DNA of 56,382 nt from positions 1 through 56,382 of IMG/VR virus record IMGVR_UViG_3300037762_000131; one strand, written 5' to 3'. This DNA is from a virus (Duplodnaviria > Caudoviricetes). Under the pieces are notes generated by a model. That model saw only the letters and a program-made list of their open reading frames with translations. It searched no databases and was not told the origin of the DNA. The translations under genes and the position numbers were made by a program. Within the stretch, counting starts at the first letter, position 1. Each line of letters begins with the position of its first letter. Below are positions 37,301 through 45,832 of this stretch, one piece after another.

Positions 37301-37540
37301 GTGCGGAGTCCGATGAGCCTCACGGTGGGCGAAGGCGGCCGGCCGGAGGACGTGATCGTGTGGCCCCACAAGTACGGTCGCCTCGAGCTGCGCGAACCGG
37401 GCGGCGTGTCGCTGGAAGGCGCCACGATCTACATCCAGTCTGATGACATGCCAGCCGGCATCAGGGGTGTGGTCCGGCAGGTCCAGTTCGACGACTCGCG
37501 TTGGACGCGGCATCACATCCGCGGGGGAGGGCGCCGCTGA
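34361..37540 (+). CDS. Tape measure protein with C-terminal NlpC/P60-like peptidase
   Basis: DLLDTIEEY..ADAIKEFSIRAIDGS TMP block, Trp-periodic repeats, KPYIWGGVGPGGYDCSGF..H. Confidence 0.93.
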   Translation: MAIDAGAVVLPVEPGASDFARNLARQIGGQTRAFTSLGRELGGKVAAGMFSNADAGGFTRKLQQGVARDTGGFTKTGKDIGEKIGDGISDALDGVSARVGTRIGPGFASIGGKLGGKVIGGFAALGVGAVIAGEIGKGLDTEEANDKLAAQLGLTGKVAEKAGRAAGNLYAGAYGDSIGQVNDALKGIQDNIGNLGKFTRGQLESMGAKALDLATILDEDVGRTTRAAGQLMRNNLAPNATAAFDLITRAQQRGGNAAGDLLDTIEEYAPSFKELGLTGPQALGAISASLRAGARNGDLAADAIKEFSIRAIDGSESTKDGFKALELNAKDMAGAIASGGPSARKAFSTVLTELGKIKDPVKQEAAGVALFGTQFEDLGIKAILALNPTKNALDDVGGASKRMGKTLADNAKTNIESFKRTLSGVATDVIGNHVIPALKDAAAGAQRLGDRFGPYIKTAIDVGRKAFAAIAPIIRDVADTVSRFVERVQEWFGSGGGVQQALGSNRRFFSETFNQIRGIVKSALDLIRVIIKNFTESAREFWDRWGATILKIAGHVWQAIKEVIRGVLNVIQGIIKTVTAAIRGDWRGVWEGIKKILDGVWDAMFGIVRGAVKSIGDVLSNWWQNQREKWRNFWDGVRTTARNAWESLKDGARGVVAALGNAFNSLKSKVAAPINWIISRVINGGIIKAWNSLMRALGFGSLTVGGVNLVNSGSSTGRTSPGTFAKGGPVPAWAGDHQVPILAEAGEFVIRKDIVDKIGMRTFEALNKYGLVPPTGGDPPGVRRYAAGGLVAAKRFAQAQSGKPYIWGGVGPGGYDCSGFMSAILNVLEGKAPYSRRFTTSSISSGNGIVAGLVPDRGAFNIGSYVGNPGHMAGTLDGVDVEAGGTSGNVGYGGDASGARHPRFNRKWHASAAFSLIDTIKDLLGKVVDRILGGVSNLIRSHLDPPFETLGVGLVNRARASVFDPKAVEKRAAADGFMGTVRSPMSLTVGEGGRPEDVIVWPHKYGRLELREPGGVSLEGATIYIQSDDMPAGIRGVVRQVQFDDSRWTRHHIRGGGRR

Positions 37541-37920
37541 TGCCGTCCGTGTCGTATGTGAAGGCGTTCCTGCACCGCGCGGAGGATCTCGAGGACTGGA
37601 TCGGCTGCTGGGTGAAAGACGGCCGCCCCCAGCTCGAAGTCGACGTGACCCGCGAGTTCGCCGCGTCCGGCCGGGCGATCCTCACCCGCTCCCGTCGGCG
37701 GACACGCGACATGGACCTCGTGCTCGTCGACTGCGACCGCATGGACCTCGACTGGCTCGAAGCCGCCGCCGGCGAGACGCTGCTGATCCGCGTGCCCCGC
37801 CGCTACTACGGCTACGGCACGTTCGCGGTCTTGGCGCCGACAGAGCTGCCGGGGATGGGCGCCACCGTCGACATCCCACTGGCGATCATGTTCGTCTCCG
37901 ACCCGACGACAGGATCATAG
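37540..37920 (+). CDS. Minor tail protein (distal-tail position)
   Basis: Coupled to TMP. Confidence 0.6.
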   Translation: MPSVSYVKAFLHRAEDLEDWIGCWVKDGRPQLEVDVTREFAASGRAILTRSRRRTRDMDLVLVDCDRMDLDWLEAAAGETLLIRVPRRYYGYGTFAVLAPTELPGMGATVDIPLAIMFVSDPTTGS

Positions 37921-37922
37921 GG

Positions 37923-38342
37923 ATGGTTTTGGAGCTTCCGACCGCGTCGCGGAACGCCGCGTGCGACGCCGTCGTCGACCGCTGCGAGGGCGGCACCCCA
38001 CCGGCGCTCATCCGCGTCTACACCGGCACCAAGCCGGGCGCGAACAACGCCGCGACGGGGACGCTGCTCGCGCAGTTCACGTGTTCGAACCCGGCGTTTA
38101 CGGCTGCCGTGACGGGCACCGCCACGTTGGACATCACCCCGGCGTTGACGGCGACCGGGCTCGCGAACGGCACCGCAGGGTGGTTTCGGATCGTCACCGG
38201 CGCCACGATCGCGACGGTGATCGATGGGACGGTGACGGTGACGGGCGGCGGCGGCGACCTGGAGCTGAACACCTTGTCGGTCACGACGTCGATCCCAGTC
38301 GAGATCACCGGTGGGACCGTGACCATGGGCGTCGGAGGGTAG
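37923..38342 (+). CDS. Small beta-rich virion protein, paralogue of 45230-45622
   Basis: RNA..LIRVYTGTKP..LLAQFTC..GTAGWFRI..DG..GDLELNT. Confidence 0.8.
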   Translation: MVLELPTASRNAACDAVVDRCEGGTPPALIRVYTGTKPGANNAATGTLLAQFTCSNPAFTAAVTGTATLDITPALTATGLANGTAGWFRIVTGATIATVIDGTVTVTGGGGDLELNTLSVTTSIPVEITGGTVTMGVGG

Positions 38343-38346
38343 GCCG

Positions 38347-39567
38347 GTGCCGTTCACGGGTGTCGTGTCCGCCCCGTCGGGGTTCTTCGTCGCGGGCGGC
38401 GCCACATCCGGCACCGCAGTCAACTTGCAGTCCGTCATCAATACCCAGACCGGCGAAACCGTGTTCGATCTCGGCGACGGCTGGTTCCAGGGCACCAACA
38501 TCACGAGATCGGGGATCATCGTCCAAGCCGTCAACTCCAGATTGGCGCAGTTCGCCGGCGGGATCGACATCAACGCCGCCGACGTCACCATCGACGGTCT
38601 CAAGATCGACTGCAACAACACCTTCACCGGCGTCGAGATCTTCGACCCCGGCGCGACCGTCCGGGACTGCCACATCTTCGACTTCGGCAAAACCACGTTC
38701 ACACAAGGCGTATGGATCTATCAGGAAGCCCTCCTGGCGGCCAACCCGATCATCGTGGAGGACTGCCTCGTCGAGGACTGGGGCGGCCAACAGTTCGTCT
38801 GCGCGGTCTCCGTCGGCCTCGCGGCGGACGCGGACAAGACGACCCCCGCGAAAGAATCGGTCGTCATCCGCAACAACCAGGTGCTGACCGGCCCGACCGC
38901 CAGCAACATGTTCTCCGCCGGGATCCAACTGTTCCACCCCGGCATCGTCCACGGCAACCGCGTCGACCGCGTGTCCGGCACCACCTGTCAGGTCAAGGCG
39001 TCGCACAGCTGGATCTACTGCAACGAGCTCTCCGGGTCGGTCGACGGGGCGATGTACAACCGGGAGGACTCAAACAACAACCTATGGGAGCACAACTGGG
39101 TCCACGACAGCAACGTCGGCGTCGACCACTTCATGGGCGACGACTGCACGTACCGGCACAACGTCATCTCTGACTGTCCGCAGGCGATGCGGATCAAGGA
39201 TCAGGCGACCGCGCCGCTGACGGGCACCGATAACCTGCAGTTTCTCAGCAACACGATCTACAACATGACCGGCGGCGGCGCCGCGATCTTCTGGGACACC
39301 ACGTCCGGGCAGGGGACGATCACGAACGTCGTGATCTCGAACAACGTGTTCTCGGTGGTCAACAGCGCCGTGATCGACGAGGCGGGCGATCCGCCCGGCG
39401 CCGCGTCCGGATCCGGGAACGTGTTCCACTCGGTGGGGGGGACGCCGACGGTGATTTCCGGGGCGACCGCGAACCCGAACCTGGCAGACCCCGCCGCGGA
39501 CGACTTCGAAGTCACGAACCCGACGTATGCGGGTGTAGCTGGGGCGACCTGGCCGAGGCCCTGCTGA
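38347..39567 (+). CDS. Right-handed parallel beta-helix protein (pectin-lyase-like receptor-binding candidate)
   Basis: Repeated xxRxNxx/EHN/SNTIYN/SNNVF ladders. Confidence 0.75.
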   Translation: MPFTGVVSAPSGFFVAGGATSGTAVNLQSVINTQTGETVFDLGDGWFQGTNITRSGIIVQAVNSRLAQFAGGIDINAADVTIDGLKIDCNNTFTGVEIFDPGATVRDCHIFDFGKTTFTQGVWIYQEALLAANPIIVEDCLVEDWGGQQFVCAVSVGLAADADKTTPAKESVVIRNNQVLTGPTASNMFSAGIQLFHPGIVHGNRVDRVSGTTCQVKASHSWIYCNELSGSVDGAMYNREDSNNNLWEHNWVHDSNVGVDHFMGDDCTYRHNVISDCPQAMRIKDQATAPLTGTDNLQFLSNTIYNMTGGGAAIFWDTTSGQGTITNVVISNNVFSVVNSAVIDEAGDPPGAASGSGNVFHSVGGTPTVISGATANPNLADPAADDFEVTNPTYAGVAGATWPRPC

Positions 39568-39568
39568 C

Positions 39569-41500
39569 ATGGCGGTCCGTTTCGACGCCGAAGCCGATGT
39601 CCTCAAACGCACCGGCGGGCTCGGCCTCACCGGCAACACCATCCCTTACACCTACTGCGTGTGGGTTAAGCGGATGGTCGACCGCAACGACTTCTCCGCC
39701 GTCCTCTACGTCGGCCCGGGAACGACTGCGGACGGCGACCAGATCACCACCCAGGTCAACGGTGACGTCTGCGCCGCGATGGACATCGTCGGCGGCGGGT
39801 CCGTCGCCGGCCCAACCTACGTCAACGGGACGTGGTTCTTCGTCGCCGTCGTCGTAAGCGGAACGACCCGCACGTTCTACTGGAAAACCGACGGCGCCGG
39901 GTCGCTGAGCTCAGGGTCGGCGACGGTCACGGCGGGCAACCAGGACAACCTGACTCAACTGTGGGTCGGCGACGTCCCTTGGTCGGGCGAGTGGTTCAAC
40001 GGGTCCGCGACCTGCCCGCGCGTCTGGAACGCCGCGCTCTCATCAAGCGAGTTGTTGGCGGAGTCGAACTCGCCGACGCCGGTGCGCACCAGCAACCTGC
40101 AACTCGCGGTCCGCCTATCCACGGTCACCGACCTGTCGGACGTGTCAGGCAACTCGCGGAACCTGACGGGCGGCGCCGGCGCCGCGACCGACACGAACGA
40201 GCCGGTCGACATCCTCACCGACGTCACCGGCGTGCTCCTCGGCGTGCTGCCCGCGCTGACCGGCGCGTTCGCCGGCGCGTCGCAGACCGTCGCGGACCTC
40301 CCGCCGTTGACCGGGTCGTTCAACGGCGTCGTCGGCACCCTCGCGCCGCCACCTATATCGACGACGCCGATCACATCGGCGGAACGCGCGGCGCTGGTCG
40401 AGTCCGCCCACTCCGGGGGGATCGACTACGACCTCCACCGCGTCCTCGTCTTGGACCAGATGGGCCGCCAGCAGGGCGACATCGTCGACTACGTCACCGC
40501 CTGCATTGTTGAGCACGACGTGTCCCGCACGGTCCACCGCATGATCGACATCACCCTGAAAGCCGAGTTGGATTGGGGGCGGCACCGGATTCAACCGTGG
40601 GTGTTCATGTCCGGCGGCGGGTGGACCGACGACGTCCCGTTAGGCGTGTTCCGGTTGACGCGGCCGCGGCCGACCGCGTTCAAAACCCCGCCGACATTCG
40701 CGGTGAAAGGCTACGACCTGCTGTTCCTGTTGGACCAGCAGATCCCCCGCCCGTTCTCCGCGTTGCGCGGCGACTCGATCCTCGGGACGGTCCGGTCGAT
40801 CCTCGCAGCGGCAGGGTTCGTCGACGTGCGGATCGACGCGTCCCGCAGCGGCGATACCCTACCCGACATCCGCTCGTGGCCGGTCGACGAGGGCCGCGTC
40901 ACCTGGCTCGACATCGTCAACGACCTGCTCGGCAAAGTGTCGTACATCCCGTTGCACATCGACAGCCTCGGACGGCCGGTGTCCGCGCCGATCCCCCCCG
41001 CCGACCAGCGCAGAGTGGATTGGCGGTACGACGTGACCGCGCCGACCACGACGGTGCTGGATGATGAATACGCGTTGGAAGAGGACACAGAGACCCCGAA
41101 CTTCTGGCGTTTCCGGCACATGGACCCGGAACGGTCAGGTGAGGAGCCGATGGGCGACGAGGGCGAACCGTTCGAGTACACGAACGAGGCGACGGGCGAC
41201 TACTCAGTGGACGCGCAGGGCGGCCTGACCGTCCCGCACATCGAAGCGTTGGAGGCCGTGTCGCACATGGACCTGATGGAGCAGGGGCTGCGGATCGTCG
41301 CGTCGCACATGCACGCCGGGAAGACCGTGACGTTCACGTCGACGTTGAACCCGTATCACGGGCACCGAGACATCCTGCAGCTGGTGAACCCGGATCTGCG
41401 GGTCGCGTCGGCGGCGGAGCATCAGACGTGGCGGCACGACGTGTTCGCGCGGCGGACCGCGCACACCGCGTTGACGATCGCCGGCGGCGTCCGCACATGA
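39569..41500 (+). CDS. LamG-like domain fused to tail baseplate/hub-like protein
   Basis: TYCVWVK..GTWFFVAVV..FNGS..RVWNAALSSSE (LamG); VPLGVF..VKGYD..LDIVNDLL (phage minor tail). Confidence 0.72.
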   Translation: MAVRFDAEADVLKRTGGLGLTGNTIPYTYCVWVKRMVDRNDFSAVLYVGPGTTADGDQITTQVNGDVCAAMDIVGGGSVAGPTYVNGTWFFVAVVVSGTTRTFYWKTDGAGSLSSGSATVTAGNQDNLTQLWVGDVPWSGEWFNGSATCPRVWNAALSSSELLAESNSPTPVRTSNLQLAVRLSTVTDLSDVSGNSRNLTGGAGAATDTNEPVDILTDVTGVLLGVLPALTGAFAGASQTVADLPPLTGSFNGVVGTLAPPPISTTPITSAERAALVESAHSGGIDYDLHRVLVLDQMGRQQGDIVDYVTACIVEHDVSRTVHRMIDITLKAELDWGRHRIQPWVFMSGGGWTDDVPLGVFRLTRPRPTAFKTPPTFAVKGYDLLFLLDQQIPRPFSALRGDSILGTVRSILAAAGFVDVRIDASRSGDTLPDIRSWPVDEGRVTWLDIVNDLLGKVSYIPLHIDSLGRPVSAPIPPADQRRVDWRYDVTAPTTTVLDDEYALEEDTETPNFWRFRHMDPERSGEEPMGDEGEPFEYTNEATGDYSVDAQGGLTVPHIEALEAVSHMDLMEQGLRIVASHMHAGKTVTFTSTLNPYHGHRDILQLVNPDLRVASAAEHQTWRHDVFARRTAHTALTIAGGVRT

Positions 41501-42105
41501 CTGGGGGATTGTTGCCGGAGCCGACGCGGCAGCTCAGCGTCGCGGATGTCGAGGCGGTCTTCGACCGCAAGCTGCGGGAGTGGAGCAAACAGAAGGACAT
41601 CGTCGGGAAGGTCTCGGCGTTGGCCCCGTTGACCGTGGAACTGCGGTCCGGCGACGTGCCGGTCGCCCGCCGCGACCCGAGTGTGGTGTTGGCGGTCGGC
41701 GATCAGGTGCAGCTGGTCCACGACGGCGCCGGCTACGCGCTCGTCGGCAGGCTGGCGGATGTCGACGACCCAGCGACGGGGACACCCGGGGCGGTGCCGT
41801 TCGTCAATGGGGTGTCGGGGATTTGTCTGTGGCCGGCGAACCAGCCGATCCCCGCCGGGTGGGAAGAGGTCACTGCGCTGCGCGGCCGGTTCGTGGTGTC
41901 GCCGAATGGCACGACGTTCGTGTCCGGGACGGTGGGTGGGTCGACGACGCACAACCATGGTGGGAACACGGGCGGGCCATCGGGCTATCAGGGGACGATG
42001 GTGGACGGCGCGAACCGGACGGGCGATCACACCCATACGATCAGCAACTCGACGTTTCTGCCGCCGTGGACCGCCGAGTACATCTGGATCCGCAGGACGG
42101 TCTGA
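41497..42105 (+). CDS. Minor tail protein
   Basis: OB-like N-terminus; GICLW..IPAGWE..LRGRFVV..GGSTTHNH..LPPW..WIRR collar-like C-terminus. Confidence 0.72.
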   Translation: MTGGLLPEPTRQLSVADVEAVFDRKLREWSKQKDIVGKVSALAPLTVELRSGDVPVARRDPSVVLAVGDQVQLVHDGAGYALVGRLADVDDPATGTPGAVPFVNGVSGICLWPANQPIPAGWEEVTALRGRFVVSPNGTTFVSGTVGGSTTHNHGGNTGGPSGYQGTMVDGANRTGDHTHTISNSTFLPPWTAEYIWIRRTV

Positions 42106-42108
42106 CAT

Positions 42109-44205
42109 ATGGCGACGACGATCACGACCACGACCGGGACCACATCACCCACCCGGTTCAACCACCAGAAGCACTACGACCGCTGCGGCAACGGCGTCCG
42201 CTGGCAACTCATCCACCGGCCCGCCGACAACCGCCTCGAATTCTGGTACTCGATCGACCTCGGCGCCACCTGGACCGAATACACCCCCCGCCGTCTGTCC
42301 TCGATCGACTCCGACGCTGGCGCGAGCATGGTCATCGGCGCCCGCTCGGACGGCGTCGAACGGATCGGCGTGACCTACACCGTCGGCGACCGCGTCCGCG
42401 TGTCGTTGGGTGCGTTCGGCGCGAACCGGCAGACGTTCACATGGCAGCAAAGTGGCTTGGCGGTCGCGGGGACCGTCCACGGCAAGATGCACCCCGACCT
42501 CGAACTCCTCCCCATCGGCGACTACTGGGTGATGCCGGTCTTCTGGTCGTACCACGCCGGGACCGTCTCGCGGCTCTACTGGACGAGAGCCCGGTGGGGG
42601 CAGACCGGGTCGGCGTCGGTGAACGCGCCGGCGAAGCTGCACGAACGCGTGTCGTCGGTGTCGACCCGGCCGACGGTCGCGTTCCGCCATCTCGGGGACC
42701 GCAGCCTGGTCGCGAACCCGCATGATCTGTATGTGGCGTGGGCGCAGGGCGCGTCGGGCGACCCGCAGCCCCGGCAGTATCTGATGCGGATGACCGCTCG
42801 CGGCACGACGTGGGATCCGCAGGCGATCCGGGTGCTGCGCGGCAACGCCGAAGGCGAATACGCCGGCGTCTACTCCGGATCCACGGCGGCGTGTTTCACG
42901 GGGCAGACGGTCGCGTGTGTCCGCGCGCCGGACGGCACCGACTCCTCGGACCCCGCCAGCTTGCAGTTGCATCTGATGGACCCCGTCGACGCGCGCCGCG
43001 AAGTCGTCGACGTCCCCGCGCTGGGCAAGGGCAACGTCGTCAACGTCGGCGTCACCTGGGACACCTACAACGGCGACATCTACATCGTCGCATGCGGCGC
43101 GACCGACCAGACACTCGCGCGGATCAAGTACACATGGGCGACCCGCGTGTGGGGCGCGTGGACCGCGGTCAACGCCGACGGCGCCGTCCAAGACTCCCTC
43201 GGCCTACGCCAGGGATCGTTGGGGAACCGGGTCGACGGGACCTACGCGATCGTGTCCGGCTCCAACCGCGCGGCCCGCCACGAACTGGTCACGACGACGA
43301 ACACGCCGCCGTTCGCCGCCACCTGGCTCGAAGACGACGGCCCCCGCTCCACCACCGCATCGCTGGCGGTGGGACCGTGGTCCCACAACGACGTCGACGG
43401 CGACCCCCAAGCCCAATACACCCTCGAACGCCACGTCAACGACGGCGCCACGGAATATTGGAACGGCGTGTCCTGGCAGACCACCCTCGTCAACGTCTCC
43501 TCCGCAGCGAGCTCTGTGACGTTCTCCGCCGGGTGGGCGACGCCGGGCGACGTCATCGACTACCGCGTGCGCACGTCCGACGGCGCGGCGTTCGGGCCAT
43601 GGTCGGACACATGGACGATCACCGCCGCCACCGTCGTCACCGTGGCGATCGTGTCGCCTGGAGACGAATCGACCGTGACGGTACAACCGTTGACGGTCGT
43701 GTGGAGCGCCGCCGAGCAGTCCGCGTACCTCGTGGAGCTGAAAACCGGCGACGGCGTCGGCCTGGTCTACTCCAGCGGCCAGGTGGGGGAGTCTGGGTTC
43801 CGCACACACGAGATCCCCATGGCCGGCCCGGACGGCGTCGAACTGGTCAACGGCGCCGCCTACGACGTCGAAGTCACCGTGTGGTCGGACGCGGGGTTGG
43901 CGTCGGCGACCGCGAAACACGACTTCACCGCGTCGCTGATCCCCCCGCCGCTCCCGTCGTACACGTGGGTGGGGGTGTCGGCCGAGGGCGCGATCGACGT
44001 GACGGTCAACAATGGCACTCCCGGCGGTGGGGAGGCCGCCGCGGTGGAGAACGACATCTACCAGACGATCGCCGGCGTCGAGCTGTTCCTCGCGACAGCA
44101 GAGACGCCGACGGTGTTCCGCGACCGCAGGGTGCCGTGGGAAACCGAGATCACCTACCGGATCGTCGCGCGGACCGCCGCCGGCGCCACCCGCGAAAGCG
44201 TCTGA
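42109..44205 (+). CDS. Large minor tail protein with Ig/FN3-like C-terminal domains
   Basis: WSHNDVDGDPQ..YRVRT..GPWS; beta-rich. Confidence 0.75.
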   Translation: MATTITTTTGTTSPTRFNHQKHYDRCGNGVRWQLIHRPADNRLEFWYSIDLGATWTEYTPRRLSSIDSDAGASMVIGARSDGVERIGVTYTVGDRVRVSLGAFGANRQTFTWQQSGLAVAGTVHGKMHPDLELLPIGDYWVMPVFWSYHAGTVSRLYWTRARWGQTGSASVNAPAKLHERVSSVSTRPTVAFRHLGDRSLVANPHDLYVAWAQGASGDPQPRQYLMRMTARGTTWDPQAIRVLRGNAEGEYAGVYSGSTAACFTGQTVACVRAPDGTDSSDPASLQLHLMDPVDARREVVDVPALGKGNVVNVGVTWDTYNGDIYIVACGATDQTLARIKYTWATRVWGAWTAVNADGAVQDSLGLRQGSLGNRVDGTYAIVSGSNRAARHELVTTTNTPPFAATWLEDDGPRSTTASLAVGPWSHNDVDGDPQAQYTLERHVNDGATEYWNGVSWQTTLVNVSSAASSVTFSAGWATPGDVIDYRVRTSDGAAFGPWSDTWTITAATVVTVAIVSPGDESTVTVQPLTVVWSAAEQSAYLVELKTGDGVGLVYSSGQVGESGFRTHEIPMAGPDGVELVNGAAYDVEVTVWSDAGLASATAKHDFTASLIPPPLPSYTWVGVSAEGAIDVTVNNGTPGGGEAAAVENDIYQTIAGVELFLATAETPTVFRDRRVPWETEITYRIVARTAAGATRESV

Positions 44206-44209
44206 CCGG

Positions 44210-44368
44210 TTAGTCCTTCGGTGTCCACTCGCTGTCGACGTAGGCCGTGATGGCCGCCTCGATCAGCTGCTGCCAGCCAAGCCGGTCGACGACCATGCGG
44301 ACGGCTGCGTCCTGGTACAGCTCGCGGGGGATACGCGCACCAACATGCGCCCGATCGTTGGTGTCCAT
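44210..44368 (-). CDS. Ribbon-helix-helix-like small regulator
   Basis: HVGARIPRELY..QQLIEAAITAYV. Confidence 0.65.
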   Translation of the reverse strand: MDTNDRAHVGARIPRELYQDAAVRMVVDRLGWQQLIEAAITAYVDSEWTPKD

Positions 44369-44373
44369 CGCGG

Positions 44374-44847
44374 TCACTCTTCGAAGGTGAGGTCGACCAG
44401 TTCCCACTGGTCGCCGCCCGCGTGCTGGATCTTGCATGTGAACTCGGTGCGGATCTGCGCGCCGAACCCGTTCTCCGAGTCGACGTGTGAGTCCATCCGA
44501 TAGCGGCCGTTGCCCTTGTGTTCGATTGTGTAATCGGTCGCGAGTGGGAACCCGGCGGTTGCCGGTGCCTTGAGGTTGTCTCTGACGAACTCTTCGCACA
44601 TGACGGCTGCGGTGAATTCGTCGTGCTCAGGCTCCGGTTCGGGTGCAGGCTCTTCGGCGACCGGCTCAGGCTCGGGTTCGGCTGCGGGCTCCGCCGGCTT
44701 GGGCGCCATGTCCGCCGCGGGGTCCGCGGACCCCGCGAAGACGACGACGATCGCGGCGAGAATCAGAACGAACGTCCACAGCGGGTGACGGACGAACCAG
44801 TTGCGCCGTTTCGGCGCTTGCTCGGGTTGGGTTTGTAGGGTGGTCAT
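44374..44847 (-). CDS. Membrane-anchored extracytoplasmic protein (moron)
   Basis: RRNWFVRH + TM helix, PE-rich linker, CEEFVRDNLKAPATA.F..VDSENGFGAQIRTEFTC domain. Confidence 0.82.
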   Translation of the reverse strand: MTTLQTQPEQAPKRRNWFVRHPLWTFVLILAAIVVVFAGSADPAADMAPKPAEPAAEPEPEPVAEEPAPEPEPEHDEFTAAVMCEEFVRDNLKAPATAGFPLATDYTIEHKGNGRYRMDSHVDSENGFGAQIRTEFTCKIQHAGGDQWELVDLTFEE

Positions 44848-44922
44848 GGCCTTCAGCCTTTTTCTGATGGTCCGGGCCCCGGCCGCGGGTATCGGCGCGG
44901 GGCCGCTCTTGTGTCAACTCAC

Positions 44923-44951
44923 AGTATGGCACTGTGGCGGTGTGGCGTCAA
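44923..44951 (-). promoter_or_regulatory. SigA-type promoter of the moron
   Basis: TTGACG-N17-CATACT on the minus strand; TGTGGC repeats in the spacer. Confidence 0.65.
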
Positions 44952-45064
44952 CCACGAGTGTCGGTCCATCGGTATCGGGTGGTGGCGGTGTCCGCGACGT
45001 ACACCACCGCGCTTGGCGCCTAGCCTTCGCCCGGTTTGTCAGCAGGTGTCAGTAGGATGCGCCA

Positions 45065-45229
45065 ATGATGTCCGCTGACGATTTCAAGGTCCACGCGACC
45101 GGTGAGGTGTCCGGTCCCACGCGGGAGTCGGTCGAGCGGCTCCGTCGTGTCGCTGAGGAAACCGGCGACGAGAAGGACCGCGCCGCGTACGAGCGCGCGA
45201 AGACAGCGTTGGAAGAGCAGGAGAAGTAG
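45065..45229 (+). CDS. Small charged protein (54 aa)
   Basis: Open frame abutting the ATG at 45230. Confidence 0.55.
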   Translation: MMSADDFKVHATGEVSGPTRESVERLRRVAEETGDEKDRAAYERAKTALEEQEK

Positions 45230-45622
45230 ATGGCGCTCGGGTACGTCGCGACGTTGCGGAACAACCAGCTCGCTCAGATCACCACCTCCGTCGGCACAAG
45301 CGGGTTGATTCGAATCTTCTCAGGCACCCGTCCTGCGACCGGCGGGGCGGAGACGACGAAGCTCGCCGAGCTGACATGTTCGGCGACGTTCGCGCCTGCG
45401 CCTTCCGCAGGTGTGCTGACCGCGAACGCGATCACGCAGGACTCATCGGCGGATGCGACGGGGACGGCATCGTGGTTCCGGTTGTGTACGTCGGCTGGCG
45501 CGGCGGTGATGGATGGTGACGTCGGTCAGGGCACGGGTGATTTGCAGCTCAACAGCACGAGCATCACGTCCGGCGGCACGGTCGCGATCACGTCGTACGT
45601 GGTCACTGCGGGCAACCCGTAG
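45230..45622 (+). CDS. Small beta-rich virion protein, putative fibre subunit
   Basis: Paralogue of 37923-38342. Confidence 0.8.
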   Translation: MALGYVATLRNNQLAQITTSVGTSGLIRIFSGTRPATGGAETTKLAELTCSATFAPAPSAGVLTANAITQDSSADATGTASWFRLCTSAGAAVMDGDVGQGTGDLQLNSTSITSGGTVAITSYVVTAGNP

Positions 45623-45625
45623 CCG

Positions 45626-45829
45626 ATGTTGTCGCGTCGGGTGTTGCTGCGGCGGCTGGCGGCGGTCGCCGCGTGGCCGATCATCGCGAGTCACAAACCG
45701 AACCACGGCGGCCCGCCGATGGGGCACGCGCGGGTCACGTGGGCCGAGTTCCAGATCGCCGTCGGCGGCGGCTCCGGCGGGGCGTTCCAGCTCGGCGCGT
45801 TCCAGGCTGACGCGTTCCAGATCGGCTGA
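45626..45829 (+). CDS. Mini linker protein (ARVTWAEF + FQxxAFQ motifs); may start at the internal ATG 45719
   Basis: Both motifs recur in 48139-48534 and 49688-51574. Confidence 0.55.
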   Translation: MLSRRVLLRRLAAVAAWPIIASHKPNHGGPPMGHARVTWAEFQIAVGGGSGGAFQLGAFQADAFQIG

Positions 45830-45832
45830 CCC

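Noticed and set aside
34511-37516. 1001-aa minus-strand ORF (also 3649-5205 +, 26364-27875 -, 28076-29578 -)
   Set aside because: Antisense shadow frames of high-GC genes; no motifs.
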